Of a DNA stretch of 64,000 nucleotides, positions 53,260-64,000 are shown piece after piece. Under the pieces are notes generated by a model. The model was not told the origin of the DNA, ran no database searches, and saw only the letters and a list, made by a program, of their open reading frames with translations. Every line of letters starts with the position of its first letter. The first letter of the stretch is position 1. The stretch lies in NCBI GenBank assembly GCA_965285935.1, contig OZ260665.1:38998001-39062000 (forward strand), given 5' to 3'. The DNA comes from Ophelia neglecta (lineage: Eukaryota). Position numbers and translations under genes: made by a program.

Positions 53260-54060
53260 ATCACTTGTCTAGATATCTAGGGAATATATTAACAACGAAT
53301 GGTGACGTTTTTAAAATGAAGATCTCTCAATCCGTTACCAGACCATTTTCTTGGTTGGTTGGTGGCTTCATTTTCATTCTCATGGCAATAAAATGCATCT
53401 CGCACAGTCCCCAATCATTCCAAAAACCTTGTTCTCCACCTCCATAAAAATCCTTGATATTCCCAATATAGGCAAATCTCGTCTTCTGCTTCCTCCCCAC
53501 AAAACAAGCATGAATCATTGTCAGGCAGCGTCCTTTACTGAGCCAGTTATTATTGACCAGAATGTCATTAATAAACTCTTTTAACCTACTAACTTTCTAG
53601 AAACACGTATAGTTTACTAATAAATACTCTTCCATTCCTATTCAGCATTTTACATATTCGGTCTATCTTCATTGTCATGGATCATAAATTTTGTTCAAAC
53701 CCCTTCTTATCATTATTTCCTCATTTAGGAGTTTGTAAAAACCTTGACATTTCTATGATAATTTACATTTCCTGATCTTATTGTTGTACCTTTTCTACTA
53801 TAATTCCAGGCATTTTTATAACGGGCATAGTTAGACTATGTCATTTCAACAAACATATACCTGTGTCCTTAACACAATATTTGACAGGCAACTCTTGGAA
53901 GGGCTCATTAGTACAATAAGGAAGAAACAAGCGTCCTGCCCTATAACAATTTGGTGCATCGTACCATTATATCTACAGGGCAAACACTCATATACCATTA
54001 TAAAATCAGGACCTTTATTTTTAGTGTATATTATTTCGCCATAAAGTAAAGCTGGTTTCA
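53260..54060 (-). mobile_element. L1/Tx1-like LINE ORF2 3' remnant (zf-RVT-like)
   Basis: The minus strand at 53457-53525 reads PDNDSCLFCGEEAEDEICLYWEY followed by FWND, resembling C.FC....E...HLFW.C.....FW; degenerate. Confidence 0.55.
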
Positions 54061-57000
54061 TTCATTCGCCCAAAGATTTCAATCCTCGCTTCCTGCACCC
54101 ACAGAAAGTTTCTTTTACACTTTTCAATTTTTTTGGGCCTGCGACGTTTGGCCATCAATGGAAAGCCACGCCACTTCAAAATGGCTCGGGGCTTCGAGAT
54201 CGCTAGCCTGCTGTTCGGTTATAAATCTAGTGCAGTACTAATTCTAGTTCAGTAATGCCATAAACAAAAATATCACATTGTAATTTCATACCGGCACTCG
54301 TACAGCACCCATATAGCCATAGCAACACTGGCCCTTCGAACTCATGTTGATATATTGGTGCACCATAAATTCACCTCGGCTCCAAATTCATTTCATCGCA
54401 TGTCAAGACATTAAACTTTCATTGTAATTATGCCGCCCTACATATGTTGCCCAGCTTAAACTCGTCTCACTATTCCCATATCTTGTAGTCCATGAATCTG
54501 TTTCTGTTGTCATTATAAAATTCACGTATTTATTCTAGGCACAGTTGTTTAGATTGGGAATCCCCCTCGATTAGCTACACTGCGGAAACCGCATATAAAT
54601 TAATATATTTTAAATAGATAACTTTTTTTTCTGAAATTGACAACGCAGTTATTCAAAGATTCGAATACAATAATTATGATTTTGGCAACCAAGAAATATA
54701 ATAATGCTCACGCAAAAAAAAAACCAGGTAGTTTTCACTTTTGAACTTTTACCAAATGAAGTGTATTAATCACTGTTTGGAGACTCACCTCAGGAATAGG
54801 TAGTTTACGGTAAACACTTTCAAACAATCTGCCTTTGGCGCGGGTTGCATTAAATGTTTTTCAGGTTTAAATATGTTTCACGGATGCTGGAAGTCTTTAT
54901 AAAAACACACCCACTAAACTTTTAATGTTACTAATATCTTAGACCGTCGGTGAACTTCCTCTTCGGCCATTACGTTAATGGAGATATAATTTCGCGTTTC
55001 TAAAGACCTTTCCTATCGGCGAGGGTTTTATATTGCACAATGAAAACCCCGTCACGTAGAGTTGCTCAAGTGATATATCCTTACATATTGTGCTTCGGAG
55101 CGGTGGTTTTATATTTAAACTTTAGGGCAGCGTTCACCGTGCCTCTTGTAGTTGAATGGCTGTTGTTTCTACACGTTACCACCAATACACCATAACAATT
55201 TTTGTCACACCCACTCTTAAAGTTTCTTTTGCATTTATAACAAAAGTTTAATTAACGTTATCACGTGCATTTTGAAAGCATTCAAACAATAATTTATAAT
55301 CTGTTTCATACAAATATAGATCTGCATCAGACAATAAATATTATTTACTATCTATTTACAAAGCAATACAATGAAAGTTATAAGAATAATTGATAACTGT
55401 TTGATGGTCATTTACATTGCGTACCAGATTGCGGACACATTAGTCTTCGACTGAACGCTGTGGGCATGCCTCTTTCTACTGAATGCCATATGTTCGCCTC
55501 ATTCATAAGTATTGAGTGTCTACCAGGAAGTAAACAACATTGTTCTTTCACCAGTTTTGTGCGGCAGTTACGTGGCTCTCACAGACGGAGAAAACAAACT
55601 GAAATTTGCAGACAGCTTATCATGGTATTAACTTGCACATGAATATTCGAGTAAATCCTAGGCCATAATACTGACTGGGATAAGCCATGATATAATGAGT
55701 ATTATTATGTCTATTTGCTCATTAGATTTAACTGGCACTCGACTAATTTATGTAGAATAATGTAAATATCCCTTCTTTACTATGACACAGTGAACCCATT
55801 TTTTCTTTATACTTTATCAATTCCAATGTAGGGCCTTTCTTTCTTCTCAAGTAGTGTTCAAAGTTAGAGTCAACACACAGTGTGTTAAATGAGAACTGTA
55901 CTGTGATGACGATAACAGCATGTACGTTAAGAATTTACGCAGCAATATTCATGACATTCATGGGGTATTATATAATAAAACGTATACACGCATTACAATG
56001 ATTAGATTTATCAGGGACGCGGACACAAGAGATTCATTTCCTTGCACCCATTATTTTCGATGACGTTATTGCAGGTCTCCTTGTCAATCCATACTATATG
56101 AAGATGGGCAGGGCCCATATGAGGCCACCATTATCTAGGTTAAGCTCAACTAGGAAGAGCACCTCACATTTAGCGTGGTCTATTTAGGGCTAACGTTAGT
56201 GAGGAAAGCCGATGTCTTATTATAAGAAATAAATTGTTAAATAAAACTCAAAGCTATTTATGAAGGATGACATGATATAAACATATCTTAGAAATATATT
56301 CATGCAATTAATGATTTTATATCATAAATACTAAGGTAAGAGATATTACGCCTTTATATTTTATAAACTGAGACCACTAAAGCTGGACTGAACTGAACAA
56401 TCATTGCAATTACTTGGCAACGACACCAGATTTATTAGGTTCAATTACGTTTTGTATTAGAGTCAGAACGCCAACTAAGCCCAGGGTGAGGTGTTATAAT
56501 TCATATTTGTGCTGTATGTGTTGGCCGCCTTTTTCCTGCGATCCATCCAAATAATTCTGGGTCCAACACCCCAGGCAATAGTTATAATATGTACACCCGT
56601 GACTGTGTAACAGTAGATGTATATCCATGGTGGCCTTAATGCACACTAAATATAAATCAGAGATATATGTAAATAAACTGTGTATCTAAACTTGAACGAC
56701 ACGTCCTTTAAATAAAACACATTTTATACGAAAACATTCATGAACATTCCATCTTAGATATCAACTGTAATTTACAAGCGCTTTTAGATGCATCTATTTG
56801 GTCCATACACTTAAACGGACCAGAAAGATGGTTCCAGAAAATGTAGCGCCAAAACATACAAATATAAGCACGAGAAATGACAAGATTGAGTTTAAAAGCT
56901 GTTGAGAATACATTTACTACATTTACTAAAGTATAGTTATTTATGTAAGTAGATTTTTCCATATGGTAACAGATGTTACGTCGAGCACAAAGCTCATTGC

Positions 57001-60000
57001 AGCTATGCTCTGAGAACTCTTAGAACATTTTCTCGTAAAATGCAACGTTCAGCAATATTGCTGTTTCATTTAGCTTCTGATATTGTTTTCAAAGTCAAAT
57101 TACAGTAAATGGAGACGTATGCAGACTGAAGTGTGATGTTAGCGCTTAAAAGCTTGTAAGTGAGTACATGATATAAAGCATCATAAGCGTACGAAGGAAA
57201 AGAATATAGCAATTACTTCGTAATTTGTGAAGAGGACCTCAGTGACACACCATCAAATTTCCCATTTTACTTTGCTTACTGGGTGATCCAGTTGGAGAGA
57301 CTTGACTAAATGCAACATATTTCCTTGCTTAATACCGATTGCGAATTTTACCATAAACAAGATTCTTGATGTGTAACCCAAAACCCATCACCCCTGCTGT
57401 CATCTCACATTTACCAATGTTCGTAACTGACTGAGGCGAAATCAACTAGACTCACGTCAGAGAACACAGACGCATTGGATTTATTCCCAAACTAATTGGT
57501 GTTCAGTGGGCAGCGCCTAATTGCTGCACGTGACGCACAAGTCAGCCAAATGAGTTTAATTCTACATAGCGCCCGAGACCTGTTTCCTGATCCCCAATAC
57601 TAACCAGTTTGTTAGAATAAAATAAAGTGATTTACCGATATTGGAGGCAGCTATTTCTCACTCTTTCATTTCTGCTGTGAAATTGGGCGTAATGCTCGGC
57701 ATGGAAAAGGCCCAGGGAATCGAAATTTACCTTTTTATATGTAGCTTTTGTGATGAAGTGATGTATACATTGGATGTATTCTAATGAATTATGTCACATT
57801 AACACTCCAGTCATGCCTAGGTGTCCAGACACGACCTTTTCTACCAAGACAAATGGCACAATTTCTCAAAGGTAAAATCAAACGAATGCATTTACACCAG
57901 GCAATTGCGAACAGGTCTTGTTACGAAAAAAATGGAAATAAATGAAAGTCGAATGAAATGCAATACATCAGATTTATTGGATTGCAGAAAAAGCCTATCA
58001 GAATCTATTCAAAGCCTTTTCAGTCGCTTTTATAAACATAAAGTTACATAAATACATAAAGAGGTATGAAGCCAGTTTTATGATTCGCCCTATCAAGTGA
58101 TGAATACTTTTAGAGGGTCATTTGCTTTTCATAGGACATGCTGGAATAAGATGGCAATATTGTCACATTTAAGCGGACACATTATATAGTTCTTTGAAAA
58201 TAACTTCATTGGGTTTGTGCAATTTCTTTAAAACCGTCAACCAAAGCGTCAGGAAACATAATTTTCCCCATGGTACTACACTGCCGTATATTCAACAATA
58301 GGGCATGGCTGAAATATGACTCAGAGGAAGGGGGTTCTGGGATGTAAGTTAAGCTCATCCACCAAATGCTGGGTGTCCATTGTCTGTTTTCACTAATGAT
58401 ATATCAAAGCAAGATGATGAAGTAAACAGAAACATGCCATACCATCATCATCATTTAAGCAAAATATTTTAATTTTTTATTTTCATTAAGTTTGTTCCTT
58501 TTCACTTTGTAAATAAATGCTTTTCAATGATGTACCAAAGCAGTTGTCATTGCATATTTTTGTCGCATGTTTCTAAATTAGTCCTGTTCGTGGGACTTCT
58601 ACCTTTCTAAGCGGTCATAATGCAACCTCACGCGGTGCTGGTGGGGGGGGGGGGTAGCTTTTGTAAGTTCCATTTCAGTTCCCTTTGTGTTTACAGTTTC
58701 AAGCAAAAAGATAACTAACAAAGTGTAAAGATAAACTTACCAATCATATATATAACAAAAAAAAAATAGAATGTGTAATAGAAATTATCTTTGTGGGGCT
58801 GATAACAAGTAACAGGCATGTAATGATTGGGTGATATGTTATCCCCACTTTGAATAATGATATCCCCTATGCTCTATTTAGTTTTTATAAGCATTTCAAT
58901 AACGAAAAATTCAACAACAAGGTTGCACCAATGATAACATTAAAACATAAAGACTTTCCCTTGATTTTAAAACTGACATTGTTTTACCATTTACCATTGT
59001 CCTTACAGAGTTCGGATTAATGGGAAGACTGCATGTTATGTACATTTGCTAATAAGGTTAATATTAATCAGCGCGGACATAAGTTACAAATATACATGGA
59101 CAGTTTGTTTGCATTCGTTCACAAAAAGTGTAGATATTTCTTTGGATTCACACTTATATGAAATCAAAACACGGTTTATTTTGAATTTGAAATGCAATAA
59201 AAATACAAACTATAGTGTACAGATCTGCAACTATTTAGGATAGTACTTAAACATGCAAGTCTTCCGTGCACCATGCTTATAAATGACTTCCCACTAAGGC
59301 TGACATCTGCTCCCTATCTCCAAGGCGACTCGCAGATCTTCTTTCACCTCATAATGCCTCCGGAGATATCGTTAAGAGCTGGCGGTGTTCTATTAATCGG
59401 AAGTCTTTCGAACCAAGCTGGTATCTTAGATTAGCAACAGATTCCGGGGCTTTTGTCTACCAAAAATTGATTTCTCATTTTCTTTTAAGAGAATGCTTAC
59501 TTGTTTTATCTACCCCCCCCCCTCCCCACAATTACACCTATCTAAAGGCAAGAATAATTAACGTTTGGGTGCGTCGATAAAAGTATCTTTAAAAATCAAT
59601 TCTTTGTATGACCATCCATTTTATCTATATATAACATTAGGTTGTAAAAAGAACATTTAACCATAGATTTAAAAATATTGACTTAGCATATTTAATATAT
59701 CAAAATGATATGAAGGAGTTTGACCTGTCTGCATTGCGGCGCGGCGTCTGCCTGTCCAGGTGACCTCTTTAAATGGCAGGATCCAGTTACAGGTCTAAAT
59801 CAACTTCACACCGTGGAGGCTGGATTATCAGTACCAGGCATTTAAGATTGCTTCATGACTGACATATGGCGCCATAAGCTGAAATAGTTTTTAAATCGGG
59901 AAATAATCTATAATGCCGTAAATTTATCATCTGACTTTATATAAGGGATAGCGAATCACGTGCTTGATGGTTAAGCGTAGAACGAATTATATTCTTTGAA

Positions 60001-63000
60001 ATTCTTGGCAATGCAAAAACCAATAGGTCACAACACGAGAACTATACTTTTATATGGCTCCCTTTTGATTAGATGTGCAAGATGATTTTCCGCATAGGTA
60101 AATGCCATTTTCTAAGTTGCTGTAATTCTTACAGATCAGAACACAATATACTCAGTGTCTTAGGGTAATGAGTGTGTTTACGGTAAAAATGAAGAAAGTG
60201 GCGCAGGTTTAGTTTTTGCTTAATGGGCTACGTAATTATCTCATTGGTAGACCTGTAATTTTTAACGCTGCCGCTTACAAAGCATAGCTTTTCAAAATGA
60301 TAAGTCTGGTATTAAATTGAAGATAATAGCAAGCAGATGGGTTAAAGAGTTGTGCCATTTAAATTCTCTTCCAGTAAAATGGCATGACTTTGAGTAATCT
60401 CAGAATCTAAACATTCCTCCGAGTTAGTCTTAAAAGCTATCTCTACACGCCACTTCGTACAAATTTTGCATGACTGTGTTACTGCGTGCAACTGAGGAAA
60501 CGCGGAAATGATCGGTTATACAAGTGTTGTTTTATAATATGCTTCTCCATATTCGAACGTGATAATACAGAGACATCCCATTAGCGATATACATGTATTG
60601 TTGTAGTGCTCCATTACACAATGGATATGGGACATAACATGTTAATTTTCTCAATGCATTGTTATTATAGATTTAGAAAGCTCAAACTCACAAACTTCTG
60701 TCAGTTTCAACGTTCTATTATCTGTATTGTTTCTCCTTCATCAGTGTAACACCTCTGTGTTGTTGCATGTATCTGAGCTGTGTTCATCAGCATCTAATAA
60801 CATTTCATGACAGTTAACCTGAAGATAATGGTGCGGCGTGCTCAGAGTCTCATCCAAACAAGTGGTGCCTACAAACACATATGACTTTTATAGTCATATT
60901 TGACTCTGTACCAACGGATAGAAATTTCTCTCTGCACGTCGACTGCTGTCGAGCTTGCTCTCCATCTTTTCATCAGTTAAATTCAAATCATTCCTATTGG
61001 CCCGAAAGGCTAATCCTTGAATGTAAAAAGAAGATTATTTTTAGTACCAAACTAACATAACATTGATATGTTCACAGAAGCGTATGTATGAACCCTCGCA
61101 TTAGTTGTAAACACGTACATAGCCTATATTGGTATATATCAAAACAGAACAATATTGATCAAAAACAAGAAAAGAAACAGCCATTTCGAATAAGTATTCA
61201 ATAAGAAAGAAAACTGCTTCATAATGAGTAATTTCTCTTTCATGTTTGTAATTAATGCACTGTAAGAGTAAAAATAAAATAAATCTTTGTTTCAAGGCTT
61301 ACATATTTTACATAAACGATCACTATAGTAGTGGAAAGTTGATTAAATATATTCCCACATCATTTTACACACTTGCCTAACTTTCGTACGTGTAACATTC
61401 TTCATTCTTATTGTTCCTGTCGAATTTTCTGGATAAGACACCCGAGGGGCGTAATAAGCAGAAATACTGATCAAAAGCAATAAACACCAAATCATCAATT
61501 GTTCACTATAGAGTTTCAAACTTGTTTAGTACTTTCTTTTTAAGCCAAATGTATTAAATGTCGTAAAAACTGTCGTAATTCACTATGTTTTGTTGACATT
61601 TCCTCTAATGCAAATCATGCTCTTCCAAGAGGCGAGCGCATGTTTGTTTTCCTCTCGTGAATAGGCGTTTGATATGCGAAGGGTTATCGTAAGTGATGGG
61701 TCGTCTTAGGATGATATCTCTGTTGCAACTAAGCACCTCCAAAAGTGGGGAAAGGCGCATGTAAGTCGACACTGTTGGCAGTCGGAAGCTGTTCTGCTCG
61801 GTCATGGAAATTGTCATGAGGGCCATATCAATATCACAAAGCACACAGGACCAAGCAAGGGAGTTTCATTAATCCGCACTTTGCAATTGTTTTCCCGGCA
61901 GGTCCTATTTCTAAGAGTTGAACTTCCCGTGGGTATTTATGTTTGGTTATAAGACTAATGTTGAAGGAATCAAAAAGATTGTTCATAAAATACAGCCTAT
62001 AGCCTAGGATTATCAAATCATTATAATGACATCAACTGAGGGATTCAAGCCCTTAATGTGGCTTTACCTAAAATACGGTGGACATCTACATGTTGTATAT
62101 AGTTATGTAATAAGAAAGTGATTTAAAAATCGTTTCGCTGAAGCTTTTGGGAATAAGAGCGAATTTTTCTTTTTACTTTTCAGTCGAGCGAATAAGTACA
62201 GATATGAGGTGGAACTGTTCACTTGTTTTGAAAACAGGACATTGGCACACACATAGAGTAGACGATTCTATACTGAATGGGATGGGAAGACTAGAAAATA
62301 TCCGCTTGTCTTATTTCCTTGGCATAATTTGTGTCTAATATGAAATAACAAACATATCTCGTTAATACTGAAAATTTAACAAAACCACATACGACCTTAA
62401 CATGCCTTTTGTGTGTTTGATTCATGTATTAGGAGGCGTGTTTTCGTGCTACTTCCACATGATCGTGAATATTTTGTCAATTGCCATGGTAACGTTATTA
62501 AATGCGAATACTAATCAATGCCTGTCTAATCAAGAAAATGATAGGAGAATTTTGATAAAAAGGCTAAAAGCTAAATTATAAAAAGATATTTTTGAATAGT
62601 GAAACCCCGCTCCAAAGTTCAAAACAATATTTTATTTTTGAAAAATAAAAGCCCAGATTAGACAATTTGGACAAAAGTGACCATGGTAACTGGTTAAAAT
62701 AAAACTGAATTGTTAAGACATTTACAGTTTGATAGTTCTTTTTTATATGCCTACTCGCAAACATATGACTTTAAATCAGGATATATGGTTATACAGTTAA
62801 GCTTCAATCCCTTATTTGTTGGCAGAATGCCGACCAAATCCTTAGTCACGGAGAGGGTATTGTTGGAAAAATCGATTACATTTAGTAACCACACGTTAGG
62901 AAGGGAAGATCCAAATTGTATCAACCGGTGGTACTAGCGTGAAGAACACAGAGTAGAGTATTCGAAAACAGCCGAGAAACGTGCGGAATTTTGCGTTAAT

Positions 63001-64000
63001 GTCTGGTCTCGGTCGCTATGAGAATTAACCTTTTAGGGCTACACTTCAGTGGTATGCATCAGTACTTCTTAATACGAGGAACACGCCTTGTAAGAGACAT
63101 CAATACATCACACTACGGTTAGAAAAAGTGTTCACGAATCAGTTGCTTAACGTTAGTTAATTCAGATACATGTGCCATTTAAATATAGCAGTTTTGAATG
63201 TTCAGATACTTTGTATGAAAATGAAAACAGTTTACCTACAAAGGTATAACGTTGTACCGATTGAGGCTAAATCAAACGATTATTTTCAAGATTTATAAAT
63301 TTGCATCATCTCAGATTAAAACTTGTAAACATTATATAAATGCCACCCCAATCATTAAATTAATACTTGAATATATACAATAATAACTTTGTCTGGTGTG
63401 TCTAGTCTGAGATATTACGTGATTAAATTAGAGGGCTCCAAAGCCCTCTGTCTTAGGGATAATAATTATAATCTTTATCAAGGAATTGTTGACGCACAAA
63501 GTTCGGCAACATTACAAGACAGAACATTTAAGTGTGAAAATCTTCGTTATAATGTTTCGCATTTTGATTATCCTTCCCTGGTGTATTGGAATCAAAACTG
63601 CATGTATGCGACTTCTAGTGGGCGTTGTTTGTGGCCTGTTTTGACTAAAGCTTGGTCATCTAGAAGGAGACGAGTCGGTAGAGCTCCTCTGATTTCCATT
63701 GAGACTGATGATTATAACGATTGTACTGCACGGTCGATTGATTTGAAAATATATGGAACATATTATCGTTAACTATCCCTAACCTCACATGACGTAATCA
63801 AATATATCCGTTTCATCTGAAGAAGGGACACCGTATTTGCAGCACATTACCCTGTCTTGTACGAAGTATAATGTAATGTCATGGCCTTAATTGATAAAAT
63901 GTCGTTTGATTGTGAGGTACTAAAAGAAAACATTGAAATGATCTTTAGACTTTAGACTTTGTCTATAGTAACTGTGATCATGGGTTAGTCACGTTCCAGT

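Noticed and set aside
60725-60755. CTGATGA...GAAAC on the minus strand as a hammerhead ribozyme
   Set aside because: No pairable stem II or stem III and no cleavage triplet in the right position.
63389-63772. 127-aa ORF near the window end
   Set aside because: TTG start, no recognisable motif or clear splice sites; plausible by chance.
1-64000. CRISPR arrays, operons, tRNA or rRNA genes
   Set aside because: Eukaryotic spliced DNA; no repeat-spacer arrays or structured RNA genes recognised.

Overview
AT-rich, intron-containing animal genomic DNA, probably a marine invertebrate (inferred from gene and repeat content; species not identifiable). No prokaryotic features. Manual splicing gives four + strand genes, all for cell-surface or secreted proteins. 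(1) The last two exons of a TPM/MOLO-1-like single-pass membrane protein, present twice in a near-identical tandem duplication whose first copy is internally deleted (127-686 and 2567-3203). (2) A complete 4-exon, 137-aa GPI-anchored Ly6/uPAR three-finger protein (6903-15782). (3) A 2-exon, ~628-aa secreted beta-helix protein with PMP-like FxxN/GGA repeats that looks 3'-truncated (19193-21242). (4) Ten exons of a divergent adhesion GPCR (GAIN/GPS + 7TM; 35724-47291; first exon not located) with a GC-AG intron. Intergenic and intronic DNA holds decayed retroelements (three Penelope-like RT remnants, a CR1-like endonuclease, a LINE ORF1, LINE 3' ends), an unidentified decayed minus-strand coding-like segment, two short tandem duplications, a (CAT)n microsatellite and G/C tracts. 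No convincing gene was seen after ~48 kb. Family assignments come from motif recognition, not database searches.
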